Counted from the stretch's first letter, positions 1-11,117 are shown. The stretch: 64,000 nucleotides of DNA from Candidatus Atabeyarchaeum deiterrae (GCA_037310415.1 CP147780.1:480001-544000), one strand, 5' to 3'. Translations and numbers: made by a program. The notes: generated from the sequence alone by a model not told the origin.

Positions 1-286
1 CGAACGCTTGGGGGCCACTTCGTTCCAAAAGAAGTTCTTCACCAGATGGAGAAAATACACTAGCTCCCCGCACCTTATTCAGCACTATTCGTTCTGATGG
101 TATTAAATTGAGCCTTTGAAATCCATTGACACTTATGAGACCAGCACAGTGCTGTGGCTCGCCGATGATCTTGTGTTCCTCTATGACAACTGTTTTCAAT
201 CCCCTCTTAGCAGCGCCTTTTGCAACAATTGCTCCAATTGGTCCTCCTCCGACCACGACAACATCAAACTCGTTAGAGCGGTTCAC
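1..286 (-). CDS. Geranylgeranyl reductase family flavoprotein (5' part; runs off the window start)
   Basis: Manual translation from GTG at 286: MNRSNEFDVVVVGGGPIGAIVAKGAAKRGLKTVVIEEHKIIGEPQHCAGLIS; GxGxxG FAD motif and the PxxCxG motif of GGR/DGGR; not in the ORF track. Confidence 0.85.
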   Translation of the reverse strand, partial: MNRSNEFDVVVVGGGPIGAIVAKGAAKRGLKTVVIEEHKIIGEPQHCAGLISVNGFQRLNLIPSERIVLNKVRGASVFSPSGEELLLERSGPQAF

Positions 287-432
287 TTAATATTCACCTG
301 TTGCAGTTATGGTATCTTATTGAGGCTGCGACTATTAAATGAACGCATCGTGTGAACTGTCAGCGAGGATCGATAATGCAAATTGGTGTTGGTTATTACT
401 CCTTCATGCCTTAACTCCGGAAACATTGTAAT

Positions 433-813
433 ATGGGGGCGCTAATGTCGATGTCAGAATTCAGATTCAAACAAGTCATAGTTTTGAGAACTGATATAAA
501 AATGTCTAAAGGAAAACTCGCTGTGCAGGCATGCCATGCCAGCGTAGGTGCTCTGGAGGAGACAAGAAAGGAGCACCGTGACTGGGTTAGATCTTGGTTT
601 GACGAGGGTCAGAAAAAGGTTGTCGCGAAGGTCAGAACCATTGGATCACTTGAGAAACTGAAACAGCAAGCAGATAAAATGGGATTACCAAACGCGCTTG
701 TAGAAGATAGAGGTCTTACTGAGATACCGCCAGGCACTGTCACTTCGTTGGGAATCGGTCCTGCTCCTGAAGAGATCATCGACAAAGTCACGCATGATCT
801 TGTGCTTTTGTGA
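433..813 (+). CDS. pth2: Peptidyl-tRNA hydrolase Pth2 (real start probably 451)
   Basis: KQVIVLRTD..MSKGKLAVQACHA, GQKKVV, DRGLTEIPPGTVT.LGIGP motifs. Confidence 0.95.
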   Translation: MGALMSMSEFRFKQVIVLRTDIKMSKGKLAVQACHASVGALEETRKEHRDWVRSWFDEGQKKVVAKVRTIGSLEKLKQQADKMGLPNALVEDRGLTEIPPGTVTSLGIGPAPEEIIDKVTHDLVLL

Positions 814-844
814 AGGCGCCTGATTTGCACTTGGAAGGATAAAC

Positions 845-2191
845 ATGCGATATTCCCCTAAGATCGAAGAAGACCTTGGTATCGAAGTCTATGCGACATC
901 CTCGGATGGCATCGGCGGAGAAATACGCCAGAAATATGAAGACTTCCTTGTGAAAGAGATCCCAATGTCTGCAGAGCAGTCTCAGAATGAATCCAGAAAT
1001 GACATGAAAGCAGATTACTCGGTTTTCTGGCTGGAGAAACGCGGTCTAGAAACAATCTCCGCCATTAAGAGGATTGCAAGGGAACTGCAAGTTAGTCAGA
1101 GGAGATTTTCCTTTGCTGGCATGAAGGACAGAAACGCTGTAACATTGCAGCGAGTTAGCGCTTGGAAGGTTCCGCCCGAAAAGCTGAAGGAAGTTGATCT
1201 GAGAGGAATTGAAATCACTGGGGTGTCTAAGTCAAACAACCCCATTGTTCTGGGAAGCCATTGGGGTAATGATTTTACGATCATGGTAAGAGGAATACCC
1301 CTGACCGTCGGCACCGCAGAATACCGCATCAAACGAATATCGAATGAAATAAAAGCTGCAGGTGGCATACCTGATTTTTTTGGTCATCAACGATTTGGCT
1401 TGGTGCGTCCGATAACTCACATAGTTGGCCTGAAAATCTTGAGAGGCGAGTTCAAAGAAGCCGCCATGGCTTTTCTTTCAAATACTTCGCCCTACGAGAC
1501 GGATGAAATTAGAGCAGCTAGAGCAGAACTTGGGACAACTGAGGACTTCAAGTCCGCAATGAAGAACTTCCCTTCGAAACTCACTTACGAGCTATGTATG
1601 CTTCGAAAATTGTCGTCTTCCCCGAATAACTTTGCCAATGCTTTCAGGGTTCTGCCAAGAAGGCTACTGCAGATGTTTGTGTCCGCGGCGCAAGGATGGC
1701 TATATAATAAGTTCGTTAGCAAACGACTCAAAGAAAACGTGCCCCTCAATAGATGTCTGCAAGGGGACCTGGTCTCGCCCTTGAGAGCTGATGAACTAGT
1801 TACTAAAGAATTGGTCAAAGTTGACTTATCTAACATAGATGAGATGAACAGAAACTTGGAATATGGAAAGGCGACAGTAGTTTATCCTGTTCCTGGTTAT
1901 GATATGGCTTTGCCTATTGGATTGATGCGCGATATTGTCAAGGAGGTTATGACAAAAGAGGATCTGATCCCAAGAAGCTTCTGGATTAGCAGGATGCCTG
2001 AAATTAGTTCTGCGGGTGTGTTCAGACAAATAGCTGTAACACCCAAGAATCTCAACATATCTCCTGTCATCTCGAATAGCATATATATATCAAAAGCAAC
2101 ATTTGCATTCTCGCTGGTACGAGGAAGTTACGGAACAATCGTACTTAGAGAATTCATGAAGAATGATGATCCTATTGCAGCCGGTTATTAG
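845..2191 (+). CDS. truD: tRNA pseudouridine(13) synthase TruD/Pus7
   Basis: EDFLVKE, FAGMKDRNAVTLQ, GNDF, FFGHQRFG, GSYGT.VLRE motifs. Confidence 0.95.
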   Translation: MRYSPKIEEDLGIEVYATSSDGIGGEIRQKYEDFLVKEIPMSAEQSQNESRNDMKADYSVFWLEKRGLETISAIKRIARELQVSQRRFSFAGMKDRNAVTLQRVSAWKVPPEKLKEVDLRGIEITGVSKSNNPIVLGSHWGNDFTIMVRGIPLTVGTAEYRIKRISNEIKAAGGIPDFFGHQRFGLVRPITHIVGLKILRGEFKEAAMAFLSNTSPYETDEIRAARAELGTTEDFKSAMKNFPSKLTYELCMLRKLSSSPNNFANAFRVLPRRLLQMFVSAAQGWLYNKFVSKRLKENVPLNRCLQGDLVSPLRADELVTKELVKVDLSNIDEMNRNLEYGKATVVYPVPGYDMALPIGLMRDIVKEVMTKEDLIPRSFWISRMPEISSAGVFRQIAVTPKNLNISPVISNSIYISKATFAFSLVRGSYGTIVLREFMKNDDPIAAGY

Positions 2192-2253
2192 ACTTGAATG
2201 GAAAGGCAGGTTTCCCTAGCCGTATTGAGAATGAGAATAGGTGGTAAAGAACA

Positions 2254-3573
2254 ATGAGCTTTGATCAGATGAATGGTGCTAGAAGGACACATTTCTCAAC
2301 AGAAATAACTCCTTCATTGCACGGTTTGGAGATCGTTGTGGCAGGTCATGTCAATAGGATTCGGGATATCGGAAAAGTCAAATTCATTGAACTACGCGAT
2401 AGGGATGGTCAACTTCAGATTACTGTCTTGTCTGAGAAGATTGGAAAAGAAATGTTGCTTAAAGTCAAGCAGATAGGGAACGAATTTGTTGTGATGGTCA
2501 GAGGGGTAGTTAATGCCAATCCCAAAGCTCCCCGTGGTGTAGAAGTACTTCCTTCCGACATCAAGATTCTGAATTCAGCCAGATACCCTCTACCGCTAGA
2601 CCCCACAGGGGCAGTACCTGCTGATATTGACACGAGGCTTAATGCGAGAGTTCTTGACCTCAGGCGCCCCAAACCTCATGCCATATTCAAAATGCAACAC
2701 GTTTTGCTACAGTCCATTCGACGATTTCTCTCTTCGAAAGGGTTCATTGAAATAGACACACCGAAACTAATAATCAGCGCAACGGAAGGTGGTACGCAAC
2801 TTTTCCCTGTAAGATACTTCGAGAAAACATGCTACTTGAGACAATCTGCCCAACTCTACAAAGAACAACTCTCAAGCGCGTTTGACAAAGTTTTCGAAAT
2901 CGGACCAGTCTTCAGAGCCGAGGAACACGACACTACGAGGCACCTCAACGAACTAACCCAAATTGATATTGAAGCCGCATTCATGGACTACGATGACGTT
3001 ATGAAAATACTTGAGCAGATGATAATCGAATCTCTGAAAGAAGTAACGACAAGTTGCTCTCAGGAATTTGCGACACTTGAGAAGAAGATCAACTTGCCAA
3101 CCACTCCATTCAAGAGAGTCACTTATACGCAACTCGTGGACGAGTTGGAATCACTCGACATGGAAATCGAATGGGGCCAGGATCTTGAGCTTCAGCATCT
3201 AAAAGCAATAAGTGGAAAAATCTCAGAGTTCTTTTTCATCAAAGAATGGCCAACCAAGTTGAAACCGTTCTACATCAGACCTAAGAAAGGCGATGAGAGT
3301 GTAAGTGAATCATTTGACCTCCAATTTGGCTGGCTTGAGCTTGCAAGTGGTGGAACAAGAATTCACGAGGAAGAATTGTTGGTCGACAGGCTCAGAGAAC
3401 AAGGACTCAAAACTACAAATTTCAAGGATCATTTGCGGGCATTTGAAGTCGGTATGCCGCCTCATGCCGGATGGGCGGTTGGACTGGCAAGACTTCTAAT
3501 GGCGATAACTGGGGCCGAAAACATAAGAGAATGCGTACTATATCCGCGTGATAGAGAGAGACTTACGCCTTGA
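2254..3573 (+). CDS. aspS: Aspartate--tRNA ligase (probably the non-discriminating Asp/Asn type)
   Basis: OB anticodon domain, motif 2 [21 protein letters not shown]; Pro in the KAPRG loop is typical of ND-AspRS. Confidence 0.95.
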   Translation: MSFDQMNGARRTHFSTEITPSLHGLEIVVAGHVNRIRDIGKVKFIELRDRDGQLQITVLSEKIGKEMLLKVKQIGNEFVVMVRGVVNANPKAPRGVEVLPSDIKILNSARYPLPLDPTGAVPADIDTRLNARVLDLRRPKPHAIFKMQHVLLQSIRRFLSSKGFIEIDTPKLIISATEGGTQLFPVRYFEKTCYLRQSAQLYKEQLSSAFDKVFEIGPVFRAEEHDTTRHLNELTQIDIEAAFMDYDDVMKILEQMIIESLKEVTTSCSQEFATLEKKINLPTTPFKRVTYTQLVDELESLDMEIEWGQDLELQHLKAISGKISEFFFIKEWPTKLKPFYIRPKKGDESVSESFDLQFGWLELASGGTRIHEEELLVDRLREQGLKTTNFKDHLRAFEVGMPPHAGWAVGLARLLMAITGAENIRECVLYPRDRERLTP

Positions 3574-3652
3574 AGAAGCCTGATACCAAAAAAGCTACTT
3601 TACAGTCCATCAATATCCATCTTGATGGGGATAGAACACGAATTCGCGACTG

Positions 3653-3814
3653 CTACTTGGTAAGTTCCCGTTTCTTGAGCCGAAGATCTTCCCTGCGGCA
3701 ATTGCGGCATCTCTTTGACGTAATAGGGTTCCTCGAGCCACAATATCTGCACACCTTGTAGTAGAGCAGATGATGTGCTGCAAGTCTTTTCTTCTCAGGA
3801 TCGCTTATGGGCAT
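3653..3814 (-). CDS. rpl40e: 50S ribosomal protein L40e
   Basis: Manual translation MPISDPEKKRLAAHHLLYYKVCRYCGSRNPITSKRCRNCRREDLRLKKRELTK (53 aa, below the ORF-track cutoff); CxxC..RNP..CRxC...LRxK. Confidence 0.93.
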   Translation of the reverse strand: MPISDPEKKRLAAHHLLYYKVCRYCGSRNPITSKRCRNCRREDLRLKKRELTK

Positions 3815-3899
3815 CGCAAGCCACCTTCAGCCGCTGTCCTCGAATTCAATTCATTTTATGGAGACGGTAATTAGGCTCAATCCATTATAAAACCTTTCG

Positions 3900-4763
3900 T
3901 TATTTCTTGAGCAGCTTAGCTACCTCAGAAGGCCTACTTGCAACCTTCACCGAGGCTTCTTCAAGTGCCTTGATCTTTGCTTCTGCTGTTCCAGTGCTAC
4001 CGCTGATGATCGCGCCAGCATGTCCCATTCTCTTTCCTGGAGGAGCTGTCTTGCCTGCGATGAAGGCTACGACGGGTTTTTCAAACCCAGTGTCCAAGAC
4101 GTACTCAGCGACTCTCTCTTCAGCATCCCCACCTATTTCACCAATCATGACCACACTCTCAGTTTCATTATCTTCTCTGAAGATTTCCATTGTTTCCACA
4201 AAGTCAAGACCAATTACAGGGTCTCCACCCATCCCCAAGCACGTTGACTGTCCAAGACCCGAGTTTGTCAGGTTTGCCGCAATCTCGTATGTCAGAGTTC
4301 CAGATCTACTTACTAAACCGACGCTTCCCCTTTTGAATACGTGACCTGGCATTATCCCAAGTTTGCATTCATCAGGAGTAATGATCCCAGGCGTGTTCGG
4401 TCCGATTATTCTTGTTCCTTTCTCCTTTCCGACTTTGACTATGATCATTTCATCATGCACGGGAATTCCTTCAGTTATTATCACAACTGGATTCATTCTG
4501 GCTTCAATGGCCTCTAAAGCAGCGTCCTTTGCAAAGGGAGCTGGAACGAAGATGATTGAAGCATTAGCATCATGTTCCTCAAGCGCTTCCAGCGCCGAGT
4601 CATAGACAGGTACGCCTTCAATTGCACTCCCACTCTTGCCAGGCGTTACTCCTGCGACAATCCTTGAACCATATTCTAGCATAAGTTTAGTGTGGAAAAC
4701 CCCTTGGCGACCAGTTATTCCCCAAACTATTGCCTTAGTGTTCCTGTTTACAAGTATAGCCAT
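3900..4763 (-). CDS. sucD: Succinate--CoA ligase alpha subunit
   Basis: [29 protein letters not shown] phospho-His motif. Confidence 0.97.
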   Translation of the reverse strand: MAILVNRNTKAIVWGITGRQGVFHTKLMLEYGSRIVAGVTPGKSGSAIEGVPVYDSALEALEEHDANASIIFVPAPFAKDAALEAIEARMNPVVIITEGIPVHDEMIIVKVGKEKGTRIIGPNTPGIITPDECKLGIMPGHVFKRGSVGLVSRSGTLTYEIAANLTNSGLGQSTCLGMGGDPVIGLDFVETMEIFREDNETESVVMIGEIGGDAEERVAEYVLDTGFEKPVVAFIAGKTAPPGKRMGHAGAIISGSTGTAEAKIKALEEASVKVASRPSEVAKLLKK

Positions 4764-4772
4764 GGGATCTGC

Positions 4773-5927
4773 TCACCTCGTTAATTCGCGCTTTACGCCG
4801 CAGATTTCAACAGCTTTCTTGGCTACATCTTCCATTGTGTCCAAGAAATCTATGCCAGCCTCGTTGAGGATCTTCTTTCCTTCCAATTCATTGGTACCGA
4901 CCATTCTTACTACTAGAGGGATTCCGATTCTTACTTTGTTCTTGGCTTCAACAATGCCACGAGCCATTTCATCGCAGCGAGTTATTCCCCCCAGAATATT
5001 GATCAAAACAACCTTAGCATTGGGGTGTGAAGTTACTATTTGCAGTGCCTTGAACATTCTTTCCGAAGTAGCTCCACCGCCTACATCAAGAAAGTTTGCC
5101 GGCCTCCCACCAAATAACCCGACCATATCAAGGGTTGCCATTACCAGTCCTGCCCCATTTCCAATGATCGATACCTCGCCTTCCAACTCAACATAGGACA
5201 TTCCAGCTTCTCTTGCTGCCTCCTCGCGTTCGTTCAACTCGCCGCCGACAGCGACCCTTGACTCCAAGTCCTTGTGGCGGAATAGCGCATTGTCATCGAT
5301 ATTCAATCGAGCATCTGCCGCGATGAAGTTGCCTTCGCTGGTTCTGACATAGGGGTTTGACTCGACAAGTTCGGCATCGTAATCCCGCATTATCTTCCAG
5401 AGATTCAGAATGACTTTCGAAACCTCAAGCATGTCCTTGCCCGCGAGCCCAACATTCTTGGCTAAGAAGCGTGACTCAAATTCACACATCCCGATCGCGG
5501 GGTCAATATAGATCCTTTTGACATTTTCAGGAGACTTCTTTGCAACCTCTTCGATGTCCATTCCCCCCATTGAACTGGCGAGAGCTATTGGTCTTCTTCT
5601 TGAACGGTCTATAGTAATCCCGAAGTAGAATTCATGATTGATTTTCAGCTTCTCCTCGACCAAAATGCCGTTTATAGATAACCCTTGGATCTTGGCTCCA
5701 AGCATTTCGCGAGCCAGTTCCCCCGCTTCTTCAGGTGTGTTGGCGAACTTAATTCCTCCTGCTTTTCCCCTCCCGCCTGCAAGTACCTGCGCTTTCAGAA
5801 CAACAGGGCACCCTATCTCCTCGGCAAGTCTCCTAGCATCTTCCGACCTACTTGCATAGCCTCTCCTGGGAACTCTAACTCCATACTTTTCAAACACTGA
5901 CTTGGCCTCATATTCAAGGAATCTCAC
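4773..5927 (-). CDS. sucC: Succinate--CoA ligase beta subunit
   Basis: [43 protein letters not shown]. Confidence 0.97.
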   Translation of the reverse strand: MRFLEYEAKSVFEKYGVRVPRRGYASRSEDARRLAEEIGCPVVLKAQVLAGGRGKAGGIKFANTPEEAGELAREMLGAKIQGLSINGILVEEKLKINHEFYFGITIDRSRRRPIALASSMGGMDIEEVAKKSPENVKRIYIDPAIGMCEFESRFLAKNVGLAGKDMLEVSKVILNLWKIMRDYDAELVESNPYVRTSEGNFIAADARLNIDDNALFRHKDLESRVAVGGELNEREEAAREAGMSYVELEGEVSIIGNGAGLVMATLDMVGLFGGRPANFLDVGGGATSERMFKALQIVTSHPNAKVVLINILGGITRCDEMARGIVEAKNKVRIGIPLVVRMVGTNELEGKKILNEAGIDFLDTMEDVAKKAVEICGVKRELTR

Positions 5928-6197
5928 ATTGACCGCCTCACATCAGGGGACTCGTGAGTCAAATTCATCTTTAGGAAGGATACTTCATCTTCGTGCTTGC
6001 TAACACATGTTGTCATTGCGTTTTTTAAGTTTTTACTTAACGTCATTTCTATCTGCCGAACACTTGGTAGTTCCGCTATCTTTATAAATAAGGCAATCAT
6101 TAACCAAAATCGTCCAACACTACAGGCATCTTTGTGCTTTAGCTGCAACGATGTCCAGAGTTAGAGAGGGAAAGTAACAAAAGGTGAGAATCGCAAA

Positions 6198-6482
6198 ATG
6201 TCCAGAAAATCCGAAGAGAATACAGTATTCGTCGGAACCAAGCCCCCTATGAATTATGTCCTCGCTGCTATCACATTATTTCACGACAACGCGAAGCAGA
6301 TTAGCATAAAAGCGCGGGGACGAGCGATTAGTCGTGCGGTAGACGTAGCGGAGATAGTACGCAATAGATTCATGTCTGACGTTAAAGTCAAGGACATCTT
6401 GATCGGGACTGAGCAAATAACAGGGGAGCAAGGAAACAAGATTAGTGTGAGCACGATTGAGATAACGATGGCCAAGGACTAG
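6198..6482 (+). CDS. albA: Chromatin protein Alba
   Basis: [35 protein letters not shown]. Confidence 0.97.
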   Translation: MSRKSEENTVFVGTKPPMNYVLAAITLFHDNAKQISIKARGRAISRAVDVAEIVRNRFMSDVKVKDILIGTEQITGEQGNKISVSTIEITMAKD

Positions 6483-6633
6483 ACAAGAGAGAGACCATTG
6501 TCCCCAATCTTTTCATCCCCCTTTTTTGCCTTTTGTTTGGACTCTTTCTCTTAGTAAAGTTTTTATTGTGGGGGATTTATCCCGTACGTAGTTTACGGTT
6601 GGTAACAATACTGCCTGAGATGTATAACCTAAA

Positions 6634-7140
6634 ATGAAGACTCCAATCTGCACCATTGACATCAAAAGTGGCTTCCTATGCGGCAGATGCCAGGACAAGC
6701 TGGAAAAGGGTTTGATTACTCAGCTGGACATAGACATGGCTAAAGAGCTTCTTTCTCTCGAAGACAAAAACCCTAGTCTGAAAGACGTTGAATTCAAGAG
6801 AGCAGTAGATACTGGTCAGATGGTAATAGTGATAGTTGGGCAAGGCAATCTTCCTGAGGCACTAACATCAAAGGGCAAAGTAATCAAAGAGCTTGAGAAA
6901 AGACTTAGTAAAAAGATTAGGGTAATAGAAGAGAACTCCAACATTAGAAGAACTATAGAAGACATGGTGACTCCGGCAGCAGTACTGGGGATTAATACGC
7001 TTTGGCTTCCTGACGGAAGTCTCGAGAAGAAGGTGCGGCTCAGCGCCAATGACTCCAAGAAGTTACCTGCCGATATTCAGGTACTAGAAGAAGCCGTTAA
7101 GTCCCTTACCAGAGAAAGAATAAGAATAGTATTTGAGTAG
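6634..7140 (+). CDS. Archaeal NusA-like KH-domain protein with N-terminal Zn finger
   Basis: PIC.ID.KSG.LC..C N-terminus followed by a KH-like segment (GKVIKELEKRLSKKIRVIE). Confidence 0.75.
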   Translation: MKTPICTIDIKSGFLCGRCQDKLEKGLITQLDIDMAKELLSLEDKNPSLKDVEFKRAVDTGQMVIVIVGQGNLPEALTSKGKVIKELEKRLSKKIRVIEENSNIRRTIEDMVTPAAVLGINTLWLPDGSLEKKVRLSANDSKKLPADIQVLEEAVKSLTRERIRIVFE

Positions 7141-7339
7141 TCAATCTTTATCCAATGCTAAGCAGCGTGCTTTGCATGTTCAAGGGTAATGTTTGCGTGA
7201 ACCTGAATGCCGCAGGTTTGGTTTTCAAATGGCCTTTTTACGAAAGGAGACACCGAGTGCGCAGCAAACGCTCCTTTGGAAAACCAAAGGGTATCTGATG
7301 GAAGAATCAAGAAAAATAGTATGCACATGCGTCAGCTCT

Positions 7340-7470
7340 GGGCGGGTGATCTAGTCTGGTTATGATGCCACGCTCACACCAATCCAAAAAGGGAGCATAC
7401 CGTGGATGGACAAGCCTCAATCGAGGCTGCTCAACGACTGTCGAGAGTTCGAATCTCTCCCCGCCCACCA
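7340..7470 (+). tRNA. tRNA-Val(CAC) with two introns (anticodon loop ~7378-7399; variable region ~7407-7439); CCA encoded
   Basis: Acceptor GGGCGGG/CCCGCCC-A-CCA, anticodon stem CCACG/CGTGG with CT-CAC-A, T arm GAGAG-TTCGAAT-CTCTC; two insertions with hairpin/BHB-like pairing. Confidence 0.88.
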
Positions 7471-7540
7471 ACACATCTTAAATAACCTTACCAGATATTC
7501 ATCTTATCCTGAAAAACCAAGTTCATTTGGAGGTAACCAA

Positions 7541-7741
7541 ATGCCTAGAGAACTTCGTGAAGAGGAAGTTGACAAGTTTGTGCAGTTGTCAAAAGAAGCT
7601 GCTGAATGCCGAGTCAAGCGCGTTGGCGAGGTAGTCAAACTGAAGCTAAGAACTAATAAATACATGTACACCATCAAACTCAAACCCGAGAAAGCCGAAG
7701 AGATTGTGAAAAAACTGGGTTGCTCGGTGGTCGAGACATAG
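7541..7741 (+). CDS. rpl38e: 50S ribosomal protein L38e
   Basis: MPRE...CRVKR....VKLKLRTNKYMYT; ATG at 7541 preceded by GGAGGT; the ORF-track start at 7406 lies inside the tRNA. Confidence 0.88.
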   Translation: MPRELREEEVDKFVQLSKEAAECRVKRVGEVVKLKLRTNKYMYTIKLKPEKAEEIVKKLGCSVVET

Positions 7742-7807
7742 TCATTGACGAATTGAAATTGAAGCCATCTCCATCCGATGATTCGAATAACAGAATTCGA
7801 CTGCTTC

Positions 7808-8710
7808 TTAGAGAGAGAGGATCATGAATATTACTATTGGAATCGCACCTATCAGGCTTGTCAGTGGGAGACCTGGCAGGAATTCTCTCTTCTTGAGAAG
7901 TTGAAGTGTCAATAGGGAACCTGTGAAAACTCCTAACATAGAAAAAATACAGACAATCGGTCCGGTTTCTGGCCCAAATTGCGCCAATGCGAGCGAGACC
8001 AGCATTGAGTAAATCCCCAGGTCTCCGAGACCTATTTCCCAGTCACTTGAGACATAGCTTAAACCTGGGATATATTCCTCTTCTTCTTTTGAAACCTTTA
8101 CGATTTGTTTTATTGGGCCTCTTCTTACTGAGTATATGTCATAAATCGAGATACCCATTACCATGAGTAAGCCTGTCCACAAGGGAAGAGTCGTTCCAAG
8201 CAAGGTACCTATTGCCCCTCCGTATAGTAAGGATGCCGCGTTCTTTGCTCTTTGCGGCACTCGTGTGCTCAGTGTAGAGTAGATGAGAACAACGTTCAGG
8301 ACGAGACTAGAAGGTATTGCAACGACAAACGCTAGTTCTCCAGTTATTCCAGAGAAGAGAAATATAAGAGCACTCGCCAGAATGAGTGAGAATACGACGA
8401 ACCCAGCCAAAAGGAAACCGATTCCTATGAATACCTTGAGAAGAAGTCTCCTCCGCCTTCTTAACATGGCTAAGATTATTAACCCGCCTAGAAATGGTAA
8501 CACAGAGAGTATCACGGCGTTGACAGCGGCTGCTGCAATTCCACCCTGTGACTCGGAGATGAATCCAATCGTCGGCAGATAGATAGCGTTTATAGTTAGA
8601 AACGTAAAGACTGCTGAGAACACAATTGAAGCCATTATCGGTGTAAGGAATGACAACCGATAGTGACCTTTTCCGACTTTCTTGATAGCTTTTCCAGCTG
8701 GAATACTCAA
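7808..8710 (-). CDS. Presenilin/SPP-family (A22) intramembrane aspartyl protease
   Basis: Multi-pass TM protein with YD (IYDIYSV), GxGD (GLGD) and a PAL-like PGLP motif. Confidence 0.9.
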   Translation of the reverse strand: MSIPAGKAIKKVGKGHYRLSFLTPIMASIVFSAVFTFLTINAIYLPTIGFISESQGGIAAAAVNAVILSVLPFLGGLIILAMLRRRRRLLLKVFIGIGFLLAGFVVFSLILASALIFLFSGITGELAFVVAIPSSLVLNVVLIYSTLSTRVPQRAKNAASLLYGGAIGTLLGTTLPLWTGLLMVMGISIYDIYSVRRGPIKQIVKVSKEEEEYIPGLSYVSSDWEIGLGDLGIYSMLVSLALAQFGPETGPIVCIFSMLGVFTGSLLTLQLLKKREFLPGLPLTSLIGAIPIVIFMILSL

Positions 8711-8808
8711 GGCAAACCATCTCTTTACGGATCCGCCAAGCTTAACAAGACAGATCTATTAGTAATATAAAGCTGGTGAGCATAGTACAACAAGGGGAAC
8801 CGCGATAA

Positions 8809-9132
8809 ATGGTCAAGTATTCTGCAAGCAGGCTACTAAAACTACCTGTTTTAGACGACCAAGGACAGAAAATTGGCAGATTGAGAGACATTGTCATAGA
8901 AACTCGTACGGGAAACCTGATTTCACTCATTCTCGACAAAGTGGATTCACAGGTTGCTGCAGAGATCACTCAACAGCTATCTACTGGTGAATCTGTGATA
9001 CCAGTCTCTATCGCAAAGTTCAACGAGGATTCTGTGACTGTAGACAGGAGAAAACTCAAACTTCTATTCTTGAAGAGGAATCTGAAAAAAAGGACTATCT
9101 CAGCCCAGACTCCCAGCAACGTATTGGATTGA
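8809..9132 (+). CDS. PRC-barrel domain protein
   Basis: ASRLLKLPVLDDQGQKIGRLRDIVIETRTG is a PRC-barrel signature. Confidence 0.85.
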   Translation: MVKYSASRLLKLPVLDDQGQKIGRLRDIVIETRTGNLISLILDKVDSQVAAEITQQLSTGESVIPVSIAKFNEDSVTVDRRKLKLLFLKRNLKKRTISAQTPSNVLD

Positions 9133-9149
9133 TCACAATTCGCATGTAA

Positions 9150-10421
9150 TCATAACTCGTAGGAGTCTCCATTGCTAGGGGCGATCGCCTCAATCCTCAG
9201 CTCAGTTCTTATTCTTTCTGCAAGAGACGTGCAAGCCTCTTCTTCCCCATGAACTACATAGACTTTGGCCGATGAATTCAATCCCTCCAGAATTCCCCAG
9301 AGTTCAGATCTTCCGCAATGACTTGAGAAGTCAAAGAACTTAACCTCGGACCTTGCCTTTCTCTTCTCTCCATTATTGGATATGTATGTCCCTGTTTCTA
9401 TTAGGCTCCTGCCAGTTGTTCCTGGTATTTGAAAACTGACCAAGAAGATACCGTTTTTCGAGTCTTGTGAGAGGGCGTTCAAGTAGTTCACAGCGGCGCC
9501 ACCATCAAGCATTCCGGCAGAGGCAACTATTATGCCTGGATTTGAAAGCGCTTTTTCTTTGTCTCTCCTGTCTCGAACCCAAGTCGCCCTATCCAAGGCA
9601 CGACGTAAAAGGGAGTAGTCCTTAACAAAGTCTGGATTACTCAGGATTATCTTGCTTGCAGCCCTAACCATGCCATCGATCGTTACGGGATAGTTCACGC
9701 CATACTTTTCCAGGACACAGAGAATTTCCTGCGACCTAGCGACGGCAAAAGCTGGAATCAGAACTTTCCCTTGACTCTCTTCCAATACTTCTCTAACCGA
9801 ATCGACGAACTCTCTCTCCGTATCTTTTCTCTTTGGATGGTCTTGAAGAGCATACGTCCCTTCAATCACGACTGCATCCATATCCGAGAGATCGATCTTA
9901 GCGCCTTCTAAGAGACCACTCTCAATAGTATTTATGTCACCAGTCACCAGAACTCTTTTGCCCTCGGTTTCGATTATGGTGGATATGCTTCCTGGAATGT
10001 GACCTGCGTCTGTAAACTTGAGATGGATATTGCCATTAGGGGTGGCCTCATCCCCGACCTTTACAGGATGGCTTCTATTTAACATCCTAGCTAACTCGTT
10101 TTCCTCAAACGGAAGCAACTCCCCGCTAAGGTTTATCTCATCAGTCAGAAGAAGTTCAGCAAGCTCCAGTGTCATCTGTGTAGCGTAAAGCTCCGTGTTA
10201 CCCGAAACGTAGAGCAATGGCATTGCACCGGAATGGTCAAGGTGAGAGTGAGTGAGAATGATGGCAGATATCTCACGAGGGTTGCACGGCAGTGGAAAAT
10301 GAGGAGCTCCACTCATATAGATTCCATAGTCAACTAAGACTGATTCATTGTTCGACCTTACCAGAACAGAGGACCCTCCTATGGTCCTGCATCCTCCCAA
10401 AAATCGTATTAACGTTTTTAT
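9150..10421 (-). CDS. MBL-fold/beta-CASP ribonuclease (start probably upstream of the called TTG at 10400, candidate ATA at 10421)
   Basis: THSHLDHSG, AGHIPGS, TGD, EGTY, PAFAVARSQE, FSSH, VHGE; the conserved IRFLGG strand extends upstream of 10400. Confidence 0.9.
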   Translation of the reverse strand: MKTLIRFLGGCRTIGGSSVLVRSNNESVLVDYGIYMSGAPHFPLPCNPREISAIILTHSHLDHSGAMPLLYVSGNTELYATQMTLELAELLLTDEINLSGELLPFEENELARMLNRSHPVKVGDEATPNGNIHLKFTDAGHIPGSISTIIETEGKRVLVTGDINTIESGLLEGAKIDLSDMDAVVIEGTYALQDHPKRKDTEREFVDSVREVLEESQGKVLIPAFAVARSQEILCVLEKYGVNYPVTIDGMVRAASKIILSNPDFVKDYSLLRRALDRATWVRDRRDKEKALSNPGIIVASAGMLDGGAAVNYLNALSQDSKNGIFLVSFQIPGTTGRSLIETGTYISNNGEKRKARSEVKFFDFSSHCGRSELWGILEGLNSSAKVYVVHGEEEACTSLAERIRTELRIEAIAPSNGDSYEL

Positions 10422-10569
10422 GGGCCCCCTAGGTCGAACGATTCAAAGAATCCACAACAAGAATCACGGCAAACCTCGCTGGGGAAGCAAAGTTGTCGCT
10501 CGACTAATTAAACCTAGCTCCGAATCCAAATAAATATGTCTTAACCTCTACCTTCCGCAAGAAAAGAGA

Positions 10570-10579
10570 TAAGTTAATT
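10570..10579. repeat. Candidate att core, left copy (TAAGTTAATT)
   Basis: Identical 10-mer at 18418-18427; both copies sit where host genes give way to orphan genes. Confidence 0.55.
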
Positions 10580-10703
10580 AAACGCTACTTTAAAGTTCCA
10601 TTCTCAAAACTTATTTGTCCTCTGGCTCATTCTCACTCCATAGAGGGACTTGTTATTGTAACAAATGTCTATCGACTATTCATTTGACGATTAGTGACAG
10701 TCT

Positions 10704-11117
10704 TCACCCCAAGAATGTAGTCCACACTCCCAAGGCAATCAAAGGAATTATCCAACCACCTAACCACTTATAGAATCCCCAAACCATACTTTTCCAGAAA
10801 CTCTCACTCCTATTGTGAGATAAGAGATTATACTTCCAAACAGAATACACAAATAGCAATAAACCAATTCCAGCCGTGCCCAAATAAAATATTAGCACAA
10901 GTTTTGAACCAAATGATTCAACCATCATTGGAAGCGTCATGAAAAGACTGCCAAGTAATGGTAAAACAATTCCAGTTGAAACATAGTATATAGTACCTGC
11001 AAAACTGTAAAGGCTACTAAGCAATGCTAAAGCTCCCACAATACTGGAAAGCCACCAGAATCTAGTTTCTTCCTGAAGCTTCTTCTTTTTCGTCTTCCTC
11101 TTTTTAGACGCATTCAT
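10704..11117 (-). CDS. Element-encoded multi-pass membrane protein (basic N-terminus, ~4 TM)
   Basis: KKRKTKKKK followed by hydrophobic helices. Confidence 0.75.
   Translation of the reverse strand: MNASKKRKTKKKKLQEETRFWWLSSIVGALALLSSLYSFAGTIYYVSTGIVLPLLGSLFMTLPMMVESFGSKLVLIFYLGTAGIGLLLFVYSVWKYNLLSHNRSESFWKSMVWGFYKWLGGWIIPLIALGVWTTFLG

Noticed and set aside
116-355. 79-aa plus-strand ORF
   Set aside because: Antisense shadow of the geranylgeranyl reductase gene.
3570-3761. 63-aa plus-strand ORF
   Set aside because: Antisense shadow of rpl40e.
7406-7540. N-terminal extension of the 111-aa ORF
   Set aside because: It overlaps tRNA-Val; L38e starts at 7541 after a clear SD.
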